Origin: a virus
Lineage: Duplodnaviria > Caudoviricetes
Reading direction: 5' to 3' (one strand)
DNA length: 63,875 nucleotides
IMG/VR virus record: IMGVR_UViG_3300031975_002169
Location: 1 to 63,875 of that record
Under the pieces are notes generated by a model. The model saw nothing but the letters and a program-made list of their open reading frames with translations, made no database searches and was not told the DNA's origin. Below, one piece after another: positions 8,007-17,048 of the stretch; the first letter of the stretch is position 1, and each line of letters begins with the position of its first letter. Made by a program: the position numbers and the translations under genes.

Positions 8007-8620
8007 GCGTCCTCCCTGGGTGGTGGGATCTCGATGGCGCCCAGACCACGCTCGATCAGCTCGTCGTCATCCTCGGGGTGCTCGTCTACGTCCTGGGCTT
8101 GGCGCTCACCGTAGCGCGCATCAGGCGTGAGAAGCGTCATGTCCTTGGAGTGGTATGCGGCGATGCGCTGGGCAGCGAGGTCAGTGCGGATGGGGCCCTC
8201 CAGCTCCAGGTCGAACTCGTCCTTGAGGTGCAACACCACCTCGTGAAGAGCGTCGGCCACCTCCAGCCGGACGAACGTGCGGATCGCACGCATGAGCGCG
8301 AGCATGGCGGCCTCGTTGTGTTGCTCGCTGGCCCACACCATGTCGCGCCAGGCGGACCAGAGGTTGAGCGTGCGCCTGTCCTCCTTGGTGGGTTTGGACT
8401 TGGCCAGCAGGTCCAGGATCGTGTCGTCATCGTCCGGCAGCATCAGCGGGCGCTGAGGCAGGGAGCGACGTCGCCACCGATGCAGGTTGCGGCGGATGGT
8501 GTCCGCCGCCGCGAACTCGGCCACGTCCCGCTTCTCCTGGGGGAGGTCTTTGTTCAGGATCTCGAGCACGAGAGCCCAGCAGAACGCGGCGAACTTGGGG
8601 TCCGCCTTCTTGGTGTCCAT
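8003..8620 (-). CDS. Hypothetical protein
   Basis: ORF from MDTKKADPKF, coupled to downstream start. Confidence 0.6.
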   Translation of the reverse strand: MDTKKADPKFAAFCWALVLEILNKDLPQEKRDVAEFAAADTIRRNLHRWRRRSLPQRPLMLPDDDDTILDLLAKSKPTKEDRRTLNLWSAWRDMVWASEQHNEAAMLALMRAIRTFVRLEVADALHEVVLHLKDEFDLELEGPIRTDLAAQRIAAYHSKDMTLLTPDARYGERQAQDVDEHPEDDDELIERGLGAIEIPPPREDA

Positions 8621-8622
8621 CG

Positions 8623-9219
8623 TCACTTCACTGCTCCCATGGCTGCGAGTTTCTCCTGGAGCTTGGCGTACTCCCTCGCGTTCCCGTTGCGGAGGGCGCG
8701 CTGCATCGCCAGCTCCATGTCCTCGCGCGCAGCATCGCGCGCATCTGCCACCTGACCACCCTGGTCCGATCGGCGCCCAACCCCACCCGCGCGCTCGGCG
8801 AAGGACTCGAGCTTGGCTCCGTTCCGGCAGATCAACGTGAGGTCGTTGTAACCCCCCTCGGCGTGGAACTCGCTGTTCGCCGCGCCGTCGATGGCGCGCT
8901 TGATGTCGGCCTCGGTGTAGCCGTCCTTGAGCCTGGCCATCACCACCCGCTTTCGCTCTGGGGTGGCGCGGCTCCGATCCTTGGCGCACGCGCGCTGCCA
9001 GTAGGCGAAGATGCGCAGCCACGCTGCCTCCAGCGAGGCCTTCGCCTCCTTGGCGTCCGCGCTGTCGCCGGCGTCACCGCTGCCATCCACCTGGTCCGCC
9101 AGGGCGCGCAACTCCTTGACGATGCCGCTGCGACCCAGCTCCCCGGTGAGCAGCCTGCGAACCATGTCCGCCATGGCTGCGCCCACCGCCCTGATGGTGA
9201 TCTGCTCTGTCTCGCTCAT
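8623..9219 (-). CDS. Protein resembling the C-terminal domain of phage replication initiators
   Basis: IFAYWQ..RKRVVMARLKDGYTEADIKRAIDG..FH..YNDLTLICRN..KLESF. Confidence 0.6.
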   Translation of the reverse strand: MSETEQITIRAVGAAMADMVRRLLTGELGRSGIVKELRALADQVDGSGDAGDSADAKEAKASLEAAWLRIFAYWQRACAKDRSRATPERKRVVMARLKDGYTEADIKRAIDGAANSEFHAEGGYNDLTLICRNGAKLESFAERAGGVGRRSDQGGQVADARDAAREDMELAMQRALRNGNAREYAKLQEKLAAMGAVK

Positions 9220-9289
9220 ACCTTCCCTTTCTTGCCCAGCCGGCCCCCCTGGGGGTGATCCCAGGTGGGGCCGGTGTGGGGCTTGGAGC

Positions 9290-9520
9290 CTACTGGATCA
9301 CCTCCGGGAACGCCTTGAGGACGGCCGCACGAGCTGCCTTGTAGGTGGCGAGGGCCGAACCCTCCACCTCCTGCGCGCGCACCAGAACCACGTCGGCACG
9401 CTTGGCAGCGGTCTCGGCTGCCACGCGCTGGCTGGTGGCGATCGAGAGCTGCTCCTTGGCGTGCGTGAGCGACTCCAGCGTGGAGCGGCTCGTCTTGCTG
9501 ATCGGCTTCTTTCGCTTCAT
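9290..9520 (-). CDS. Small basic coiled-coil protein
   Basis: MKRKKPISK..; SD AAGGGAAG upstream. Confidence 0.55.
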   Translation of the reverse strand: MKRKKPISKTSRSTLESLTHAKEQLSIATSQRVAAETAAKRADVVLVRAQEVEGSALATYKAARAAVLKAFPEVIQ

Positions 9521-9608
9521 CGGGTCTTCCCTTCCCTTGCCCCCCACCAACGTGATGGGGGGGTTGCGCACCGCCGCTGGTTGGCAGCGGTGCGCCCCGT
9601 CCCATGGA

Positions 9609-10217
9609 TCAGAACGGGATATCGTCGTCGGTGTAGTCGGGCGAGTCGTCCGGGGGCGGATCGTCGTTACGGCTCCCGCTCCCGTATCCGCCGCCACGAT
9701 CGCCCCAGTCGTCGTCCCTGCCACGTCCAGAGGCGCGCCGCTCCGCGTCGTCCTGCTTCTTCTGCTCGTAGGCGGCGCTCCACTCCTCGAGCACGGCGAT
9801 GTCGCCCTTGCTCAGTTCGTTGCGAGGCCACACGCGAACCAGCTCGCTATCGTAGAGCGTCCGGTCGCGGCCCTCCTTCTTCGTGGTGCGCACGCGAGCC
9901 CGCAACGAGGCGCCCAGGAACAGCTCGTTGAAGTCGTCGTCGTCGAAGGTGAGGTCGCCATCGATCCCGGTGGCCTGGCAGAACCAGAACATCCGATCGG
10001 CGCTCCCCTTCTTCTCCATGTTCGTCCCCATCACGACGAAGGCACTGCGCCCCTTGCTCGGCCCGTGGATCACGGACACACAGAGCTTCACCGCCTTGTC
10101 GCTGAGGCGCTTCCACCACACCACACCGAAGTCGTACTCGCCGTTCGGCGGAGGCCGATCATCGAAGTCACGCTGCTCCTTGGCCTTGTCAGCGTGTGCA
10201 CTGGGGTTCCATGCCAT
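9609..10217 (-). CDS. Single-stranded DNA-binding protein (DUF669-like)
   Basis: PPPNGEYDF N-terminus; acidic C-terminus ending DDDIPF; follows Sak4-like ATPase. Confidence 0.75.
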   Translation of the reverse strand: MAWNPSAHADKAKEQRDFDDRPPPNGEYDFGVVWWKRLSDKAVKLCVSVIHGPSKGRSAFVVMGTNMEKKGSADRMFWFCQATGIDGDLTFDDDDFNELFLGASLRARVRTTKKEGRDRTLYDSELVRVWPRNELSKGDIAVLEEWSAAYEQKKQDDAERRASGRGRDDDWGDRGGGYGSGSRNDDPPPDDSPDYTDDDIPF

Positions 10218-11137
10218 CAGACGTTCTCCTTGCTGCGCCGGCGTCGGCCGGTGGTATTGGGGGCCTCTTCCTCGCGATCCCTGTCTCCGGCTCGCGTGCT
10301 CTCCACGTGCTCGTCGTAGAGGCACGCGCGCACCCACGCATCGAAGTCCGGTGGAGCGAAGTCCGGCAGGGGCCGGAACGGCTTCACCATCACATCGCTG
10401 GGTCCGATGGTCTGGACCTCCCAGGTGAGCACGCGGTCACCGTTCGGGTTCTCCGGGTCCCTGCGCGCGCTGCGTGACAGGATCCCAGCCACGTTGGTGC
10501 ACTGCATCAGCTTCGCCGGGAGGCGTCGCTGGGGCAGTTGGGGGCCGATGAGGCGCGTGCTCTTCCCGTCGCTCGTCTCGGTGACGCGCTCCTCGAGGAT
10601 GGCCAGGAAGAGCACGTGCGCCTCCAGGTCTCGGAACACGCGGAAGAGCCTGGCGCAGCGCGCCTCCAGCTCTGTCCAGTGCCGCTGGGTGAACACGGGG
10701 AGCCCGTCCTCACCTTGCTTGAGCGGCGCGTCCTCCTTGATCTCCTCGTACACCAGCTCGCAGGCGTCCGTGATGCTGTCCACGGACACGCTCCTGGGCT
10801 TGGCTGCCAGCTCCTTGAGGAGCGAGCCGTCCTTGCGGAGGATGCGGAAGGGGCCGTCGCCGGTGTGCGTGTGGAAGGCGCGCACGACGCAGCGGTAGTC
10901 CTCCAGCTTCGTCACCTGGAGGATGTCCGGCATCGGCACACCCAGCTCCCTCGACCGCTTGGCGATCGTCGTGCGCCCCTGGGTCTCGCTGAGGAGCACC
11001 AGGGCGGGGCCTGGCATGGTCACGCTCATGGCGCTCTTCCCTGCGCCGCTGAGCCCGCTCACCAACGCTTTCAGGTGCAGTGTCGGGTCCCGCTGGGGCG
11101 CGGATGACGCCCCCTGGGGTTCGGTATCTTCGTTCAT
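10217..11137 (-). CDS. AAA_24 / Sak4-like recombination ATPase
   Basis: Walker A GLSGAGKS, Walker B VSVDSIT, HVLFLA; lies upstream of SSB and near the exonuclease. Confidence 0.8.
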   Translation of the reverse strand: MNEDTEPQGASSAPQRDPTLHLKALVSGLSGAGKSAMSVTMPGPALVLLSETQGRTTIAKRSRELGVPMPDILQVTKLEDYRCVVRAFHTHTGDGPFRILRKDGSLLKELAAKPRSVSVDSITDACELVYEEIKEDAPLKQGEDGLPVFTQRHWTELEARCARLFRVFRDLEAHVLFLAILEERVTETSDGKSTRLIGPQLPQRRLPAKLMQCTNVAGILSRSARRDPENPNGDRVLTWEVQTIGPSDVMVKPFRPLPDFAPPDFDAWVRACLYDEHVESTRAGDRDREEEAPNTTGRRRRSKENV

Positions 11138-11257
11138 GTCGTCCCTTTCAAGCGACCCTCTCGCGTTGCCACCATGCAACCGATCGGGAAGCCGCTTCCT
11201 ACCTACCAGGACGCTCGCGCCGTCGCCACACTGACAGCGCGAGCGACCCGTTTTTTT

Positions 11258-11944
11258 CTAGAACCCGAGGTCGAGCTGGCGACAGTTCTCGATGAGCCCG
11301 GCGAGCTTGTCCTCCGCCGCCTTCTTGATGCGGAGCGCCTCCTTGCGCTCCTCGATGGCCTCCGCCTTCTTCTCCTCCTTGGTCTGCCAGGCCATCTCGA
11401 CGCCGTAGAGCTTGTTCACCGCCGCATCCACGTCGCCGGAAGCGCGCGCCCCCTCGATGGTCTCCTTGAACGCAGCCTCAGCGCCGTTGATGCCGTTGCG
11501 CACCTTGACCAACGTCTCGCGGTACTTGGCCTGAGCGTCCACCATCTCGTCGTAACGGAGGCACACCAGGCGAGCGATCTTGTCGGCGTCTGGGTGGTCC
11601 CCCAGCTCGGCGCGCAGCGCCTCCTCGACCTCCTCCTTGGTCTTCTTGGGGGCAGCCGGCTTCGGCTTGCTCACGACCTTGAGCGTCCCGCCCTTCGCAG
11701 TGGGCTGGAGTTGGTGGCCTGCCGCCTCCAGCTCCGAGGCGAGCCAGAAGCGCCCCTTCCAGGACACGATGTGGTCCGCGTGGTCGTGCTGGTACTTGCG
11801 GCGAAGCGCCGTCACACCGTTGCGGACCTGGCGCTGGGTGCACTCGAGCGCCTCGGCCACCTGGTCCACCGTGACGCCGTTCCCGTGGCGCACGGTATCC
11901 AGGAGGCGGTCCACGATCAGGATCTCACTCTGGTTCTCTTCCAC
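11258..11944 (-). CDS. Winged-HTH plus coiled-coil protein ending in QLDLGF
   Basis: VTVDQVAEALECTQRQVRNGVTALR (HTH), WKGRFWL wing, Lys/Glu-rich helices. Confidence 0.6.
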   Translation of the reverse strand: MEENQSEILIVDRLLDTVRHGNGVTVDQVAEALECTQRQVRNGVTALRRKYQHDHADHIVSWKGRFWLASELEAAGHQLQPTAKGGTLKVVSKPKPAAPKKTKEEVEEALRAELGDHPDADKIARLVCLRYDEMVDAQAKYRETLVKVRNGINGAEAAFKETIEGARASGDVDAAVNKLYGVEMAWQTKEEKKAEAIEERKEALRIKKAAEDKLAGLIENCRQLDLGF

Positions 11945-11957
11945 GCTGTCCTCGCTT

Positions 11958-13127
11958 TCAGAAGCCCAACGCCTCGTCGGGCCCGTCGTTGTCGCCCTTG
12001 CGCTCTTCCACGATCGGCGCAGCGCGCGCAGCCTCCCGCTCCTCGGGGGAGGTGAGCTGCGCGCGCGCCTCAGTGCTACCAGGATCGGCGCAGATCATCT
12101 CGTACTGACAGCGCCCGCTCCGTGGATTGGTGCAGTGGCTCAGGTTGCGCGTCAGCCGATCGGGGTGGAGGTGGGCGCGCCTGATGTCTCCCGCCGTGAC
12201 GACGAGGTCGGCGACGTAGGCTTCCACCTGGGCCTGTCCGAACCAGGCCTCGTGCTGGCGGAAGTAGGTGTCCGGCCTCCCCTCCAGATCGCGCAGGAGG
12301 CGCTCCTGCGCCTCGGTGACGGGCTCCCCGCGCGCCACCTGGGCATCGAGCGCCGCCTGGTAGACAGCCGCCGTCGTGTCGATCTTCGCCGCACTCACGA
12401 GCCCCGCCTTGGTGTGGGCGGGTTGGTGTGGGTAGGAGCGGCGCATGACGTTGAAGAACACCGTCCCGGTGGTGCCACCAGGCAAGTCGCCTCGCCGTTG
12501 GCCCTCCTGGACCGCCCAGAGGTAGAGGAGCGTCTGGGGGTCACGATCCAGGCGCCTGAGCACGTCATCGGTGCTGGTGGCGAAGCTCTTGTGCTCGTGG
12601 ATCTCGAGCGAGTCCTGGTCTGGGTTGGCCACCACCGCGTCCACGATCCCGCGAGCGCGCGCCTGCACCCCACCAGGCAACGGGTAGTCGAAGCGCCACT
12701 CGGTGGCGACCAGGCGCCGAGCGCCGAAGTCGCGGAGGATGTAGCCGAGCGCGTGCTCCACCATCCACCCGTGCTTCTCGCGCTCGCTGTCGCACTCGGC
12801 CACGAACTCGCCCCACGCCTCCGCAGGCACGCGCGAACGCTCGTTCTGCTGGTACGCTGCCAGCTCCTTCGCGATGCGCTCGCGCGCGTGCTTCGCCAGT
12901 TCGTCCAGCTCGACGGTCGCGCCCATCCCTTGGAGGTACGCGAGGCGCTCGTAGGCAGCCTCGAGCCCGGCGTGAGCCCAGCGACCACGCACCCATGCGC
13001 CAGGTACCACCTTCGTCCTGAGCCCCAGGTGATACTTGAGGCCCCACCGATGTCGGCACGTGAGCCACTCCTCGTTCTCGGAGTGACTCAGCACCACCAG
13101 CCGCTTCTTATCCGCAGGAATCGTCAC
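11958..13127 (-). CDS. PD-(D/E)XK exonuclease (RecB/Cas4-like)
   Basis: LSHSE..TCRHRW, ATEWRF, RGIVDAV, IHEHKS, QTLLY, C-terminal C..C..C. Confidence 0.85.
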   Translation of the reverse strand: MTIPADKKRLVVLSHSENEEWLTCRHRWGLKYHLGLRTKVVPGAWVRGRWAHAGLEAAYERLAYLQGMGATVELDELAKHARERIAKELAAYQQNERSRVPAEAWGEFVAECDSEREKHGWMVEHALGYILRDFGARRLVATEWRFDYPLPGGVQARARGIVDAVVANPDQDSLEIHEHKSFATSTDDVLRRLDRDPQTLLYLWAVQEGQRRGDLPGGTTGTVFFNVMRRSYPHQPAHTKAGLVSAAKIDTTAAVYQAALDAQVARGEPVTEAQERLLRDLEGRPDTYFRQHEAWFGQAQVEAYVADLVVTAGDIRRAHLHPDRLTRNLSHCTNPRSGRCQYEMICADPGSTEARAQLTSPEEREAARAAPIVEERKGDNDGPDEALGF

Positions 13128-13141
13128 GCGCGCCTTCCCTT

Positions 13142-14686
13142 TCACACCCCCATCAGGGTGTCCAACTCGCTGTCGTTCGAGCACCCGATGAAGCTGGCGG
13201 TGTCGCCGCTCCTGATCACATCGGCGGCAGAGCTGGTCTCAGGCGTCTCGATGGCCACCATGTGGACGCGAGCGCCGTCAGCGTGCAACGAGGCCATCGC
13301 GTTGGCGATGCTCACCCTGTCGCTGCACCCATCCGTGACCACCACCACATCCGCCTTCCCGTACTGGGGGCCCTGGATCAGCGAGTGCGCGTGGCTCATT
13401 GCGCGCCCGATGTCGGTGCCACCGCCCTGGAAGTAGGCGAGCGCCTCGGCGAGCTTGGCCATGACCAAGCCATCAGACGCGCGGAAGTGATCGGTGCGCC
13501 CCACGCTGCCAGCGAAGTGGACGAGCGCGAAGTCGCGCTTCCCGGCGATGGCGATCTCCGCCATCACCAGCGCCACCGCCTTGCAGTAGGTGTCGCGCTC
13601 GCCCTTCATCGAGCCGCTCTCGTCGAGGCAGAAGATCACCGGGCCCTTCGCCGCCGCCTCGTTGCCGCGCATCTTGTGGATGCTGGCTGCGCCGTCGTGG
13701 ATGCGCTGCATCAGTCCCAGCTCCAGCATGGGATCGGCCAGCGCACCCAGTTCCGAGGCTGTCAGCCTGGAGATGTCCGACCCGGTGGTCACCTCCACCA
13801 CCTCCTCTGGGATGTGGTTCACCTTGGTCTTCCGCACCCTGCTGGCGTGCACGCGCAGCCGTCCGGCGAGCCTGGCGATCTCGCCGAGCTTCGGGTTGGC
13901 GCGCACCGCCTTCGCCACCTCGCGCAGATCCTTGGGGTCCACCTCGCCCAACCCTGTCCCCAGCCCGAACGCGCGCGCGTCGCTCATCACCTCGTCGATG
14001 GCGTCGTTGGCGCGCTTCACCCCGTGGCGCACCGCCGTCCTCACCGGACCACGCGACCCGGTGAGGTTGCTCATGGCCTGGTCCATCAGCGCGCGTGCGC
14101 GCTGGGCCTCCTCCTGGCGCTCCTTGGTGGGCTCCACACGCGCCATCTCCTCCAAGATGTCCGGGTCGCTGGTGGGGCTCTCGGGCAACGTGACGTTGAG
14201 CGCCTCGAGGAGCGTGTGGGCACCCAGGCCGCTCAGGAAGCTGTCGCCTTCGCACCGATCGCGGAGGCGCTGCCACTCGGGCATCTCGCGAGCGTGGGAG
14301 AGCGCCTCAGCGACGAACCCGCCCAGCGTGCCCTCTGGGGCCGGCAGCGCATCGAGGGAACGATCGTACAGCTCCGCGAAGGTCTCTCGCGTCAGCGGCG
14401 CCCAGGCGGCGTCTCCGCGGAGCTTCAACGCCAGGCCCAGCGCCTCGCCGGCGACGGCCTCCGCCTTCGCCTCGGACCGGGTCCAGCGGTCCACCACGAT
14501 GGTGGCGTCCTGCCCTGTGACCATCGCATCCAGCGCGTCCTCGGTGGGTGCCTTGAGCTGGGCCTGGATGAGCGTGGCCAGTGTTGCCGCGTCCTTCTTC
14601 TTGACGCCGTGCACCCGCAGTTCGCGGTCGCTGATGGCCAGTTTCGCGAAGAAGTCCGGGTCACCGGGGTTGGGGGGGATCGGCAT
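13142..14686 (-). CDS. ViaA-like von Willebrand A domain protein
   Basis: MIDAS VIFCLDESGSM, GGGTD, VVVVTDG; GSDISRLTASEL. Confidence 0.88.
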   Translation of the reverse strand: MPIPPNPGDPDFFAKLAISDRELRVHGVKKKDAATLATLIQAQLKAPTEDALDAMVTGQDATIVVDRWTRSEAKAEAVAGEALGLALKLRGDAAWAPLTRETFAELYDRSLDALPAPEGTLGGFVAEALSHAREMPEWQRLRDRCEGDSFLSGLGAHTLLEALNVTLPESPTSDPDILEEMARVEPTKERQEEAQRARALMDQAMSNLTGSRGPVRTAVRHGVKRANDAIDEVMSDARAFGLGTGLGEVDPKDLREVAKAVRANPKLGEIARLAGRLRVHASRVRKTKVNHIPEEVVEVTTGSDISRLTASELGALADPMLELGLMQRIHDGAASIHKMRGNEAAAKGPVIFCLDESGSMKGERDTYCKAVALVMAEIAIAGKRDFALVHFAGSVGRTDHFRASDGLVMAKLAEALAYFQGGGTDIGRAMSHAHSLIQGPQYGKADVVVVTDGCSDRVSIANAMASLHADGARVHMVAIETPETSSAADVIRSGDTASFIGCSNDSELDTLMGV

Positions 14687-15873
14687 CAGAAGCCCACTTC
14701 CTGCTCGTCGTCCGCCGTCAGCGTGGCCCGGATGCTCTTGGCCGATGCCTGTAGCTCGCGCCCCAGCTCCCGAATGCTCTCCACCGTGACATCGCTCGCC
14801 TTCGCCGCGATGGCGCCATCCAGCGCCTCCTTCACGCGCTTGGCTGCGCCCTTGAGCGCCTGGTGCGCACTGGTGGCCTTGGCCAGCCACGTTCCGTCAT
14901 CGCGCTCGGGCACCGTCTGGAACTTCTCCATCGCGGCGTCGTGGAGGTCCCTGGCCTTCACCAGCCACGGGCTCGCCATCTTGCCCACCACCGTGGCCAC
15001 CGCCTCGCGGTGCTCCGGCTTCTCCCAGAGGACGTGGCTGAGCACGTCGAAGTGCTCCTCGCTCACGGTGTCGTGGCCCATTCGCCATGCGTTGGCCTTG
15101 AGCACGCTCATCGCCGTGACCCACCTGCGTCCGCTGAGCGACACGCCCTCCTTGGCGAGGTTCAGCTTGAGCGTGAACATGCGCTCCGCGATCTGGTGGG
15201 TCACGCGCACCGCGCGCGCCTCAGCCTGAGCGATGCGCAACTCGTCCAGCGTGATGCTCGAGGTCGGGTTCCCGCCCAGCTCCCCACGCACCAGGCGCAT
15301 GAAATCCTCCTGGCCTGCCAACTCGCTCACCACCAGGCGCAGCGCGAAGCGGTCGTAAAGGGCAGCCAGGCCGTCCTCGGCAGGCATCTCGTTGGAGGCG
15401 CCCACCAGGCTCAGCAGCGGCACCTTCACCGGCGTCGCCCCGTTGTGCCACAAGCGCTCGTTCACGATGGTGAGCAGGCTGTTCAGGATGGCGCTGTTCG
15501 CCTTCCAGATCTCGTCCAGGAAGGCCACGTGCGCCTCGGGTAGCTTCCCAGCGGCGACGCGCTCGTAGCGGTCCTCCTTGAGGGCGCGGACGCTGACGGG
15601 GCCGAACACCTCCTCCGGCGTCGAGTACCGCGTGAGCAGCGTCTCGAAGTAGGTGGCTCCGGAGATCGCGCTCGTCCAGGCGCGCACGAGGGCGCTCTTG
15701 CTGGTCCCAGGGGGACCCAGGAGCAGGACGTGGGCGCCAGCCACCGCCGCCACGATCAGCGCCTCGATCTCGTTGTGCCTCTGCGCGAACGCGTTGCTCA
15801 GCTCGTTGTGAATGAACCAGAGCTTCGCGCGAACCAACTCGCTGTCGGCCACATCCTCGGTCTTCTTACCCAT
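14686..15873 (-). CDS. RavA-like MoxR AAA+ ATPase
   Basis: LLGPPGTSKS, LLTRYSTPEEVFGP, FLDEIWKANSAILNSLL, GASNE, ALYDRF. Confidence 0.92.
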   Translation of the reverse strand: MGKKTEDVADSELVRAKLWFIHNELSNAFAQRHNEIEALIVAAVAGAHVLLLGPPGTSKSALVRAWTSAISGATYFETLLTRYSTPEEVFGPVSVRALKEDRYERVAAGKLPEAHVAFLDEIWKANSAILNSLLTIVNERLWHNGATPVKVPLLSLVGASNEMPAEDGLAALYDRFALRLVVSELAGQEDFMRLVRGELGGNPTSSITLDELRIAQAEARAVRVTHQIAERMFTLKLNLAKEGVSLSGRRWVTAMSVLKANAWRMGHDTVSEEHFDVLSHVLWEKPEHREAVATVVGKMASPWLVKARDLHDAAMEKFQTVPERDDGTWLAKATSAHQALKGAAKRVKEALDGAIAAKASDVTVESIRELGRELQASAKSIRATLTADDEQEVGF

Positions 15874-15911
15874 GTTCGCTGTCTCCCTTGCTGCCGAGCA
15901 ACGCGCTCAGC
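15871..15911 (-). promoter_or_regulatory. Hairpin + AGCAAGGGAG leader, copy 1
   Basis: GCTGAGC-GCGTT-GCTCGGC-AGCAAGGGAGACAGCGAAC-ATG. Confidence 0.7.
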
Positions 15912-15951
15912 GTGAGCGAGTACGTAGCATAACGGAGCACCACCGAGCGAC

Positions 15952-15987
15952 AAAAAAATGCCGAGGGCCCGTCAAAAGACCCTCGGC
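15952..15987 (-). terminator. Intrinsic terminator after the 16010..16978 gene
   Basis: GCCGAGGG..CCCTCGGC stem followed by A-T7 on the minus strand. Confidence 0.75.
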
Positions 15988-16009
15988 ACCGATGTCGCGT
16001 GGCTGGCGG

Positions 16010-16978
16010 TCAGGCGAACGCTTCGTCCAGCTCGGCCTCCTTCTGCTCCAGCTCGGAGGCCTTGGTGCCGCTGAGGCCGAGGACGGCGCGCTTGGCCTCA
16101 GCCAGCTCCGCCATCACCTCCTCGCGCAGATCCCCCAGGACAGATGCGTAGAGCGTGCTCCTCGCGGTGAGGGTGTCCAGCCGCTTGATGCGGGTCTGGA
16201 TCACCCGCTCGGGCACCACCGCCTCCGCATCCTTGGCGCCCAGCTCGGCCACGTACCCACGCACCTCGTTGAGCACGCTGCGCGTCTCCGCCACCAGGCT
16301 CGCACGTGCCACCTTCGCCGCACCCTCCAGGTTGCTCTCGTTGGAGAACACCTCGAGGATGGTGACCAGGGTGCCGCTGTCGCCGTTCTCGTGGAGCCAC
16401 GCCTGGAGGGCGCGCAGCCGAGGCATCGCCTCCGGCGTCACGAAGTAGGATCCGCCGCGTCCAGCCAGGCGGAGCCCCGCCAGCATGGGGTCGGTGCGCG
16501 TCCCCGTGAGGGCCCGGACCACGCACGTGCTCACCTCGTCGGTGAGCGCATGGGTGCGCCGCTGCTCGTACCTGGCGCGCACGCGCAGGGCCACCGGATC
16601 CGCCTCGTCCTCCAGGACCATCTCGCCGGTGGCCTTGTCCAGTGTGATGAGGCTGCGCTGCGCGTGCTCCACCTTGCTGTCAGCCACCTCGCGGCGCTCG
16701 TGGACCACCGCGATCTTGAGGCTGTCCTTGGTCTCGCCGACCTCCCGGAGGAGCTGGTCCTTGAGGCCGGTCCGGCTGTCGCTCACACTCAGGCGCGCCA
16801 TGGCCACCGCCCCAGGCGTGGCACCGACCGCCTTCGCGAGGCCCAGGCCGTCGAAGTACTCGCGGAACGCTGCGCGAGGTACGGAGAAACCAGCCAGGCT
16901 CCACATCACGATCGCGCCAATGAGGTTGTCGCCGCCGCCGGCGAGGTGCTTCCCGAGTTGCTCTGTCGTCGTTGCCAT
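16010..16978 (-). CDS. DUF6744-like protein upstream of the MoxR-vWA pair
   Basis: IGAIVMWSL..VPR, LRLAGRGGSYFV, helical C-terminus; family call recalled, not searched. Confidence 0.55.
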   Translation of the reverse strand: MATTTEQLGKHLAGGGDNLIGAIVMWSLAGFSVPRAAFREYFDGLGLAKAVGATPGAVAMARLSVSDSRTGLKDQLLREVGETKDSLKIAVVHERREVADSKVEHAQRSLITLDKATGEMVLEDEADPVALRVRARYEQRRTHALTDEVSTCVVRALTGTRTDPMLAGLRLAGRGGSYFVTPEAMPRLRALQAWLHENGDSGTLVTILEVFSNESNLEGAAKVARASLVAETRSVLNEVRGYVAELGAKDAEAVVPERVIQTRIKRLDTLTARSTLYASVLGDLREEVMAELAEAKRAVLGLSGTKASELEQKEAELDEAFA

Positions 16979-17020
16979 CTTTGGATCCCTTCCCTTTCAG
17001 TGGTTCGTTTCACGTGCAAC

Positions 17021-17038
17021 GGGGGGCCGAAGCCCCCC
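17021..17038 (-). terminator. GC hairpin with UUCG loop (weak terminator or stabiliser)
   Basis: GGGGGGC-TTCG-GCCCCCC immediately after the 17049 stop; poor U tract. Confidence 0.45.
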
Positions 17039-17048
17039 ACTGCGTTCC

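Noticed and set aside
11958-13127. Cas4-like nuclease as part of a CRISPR-Cas locus
   Set aside because: No repeat-spacer array or other cas genes; it sits with Sak4 and SSB as a recombination exonuclease
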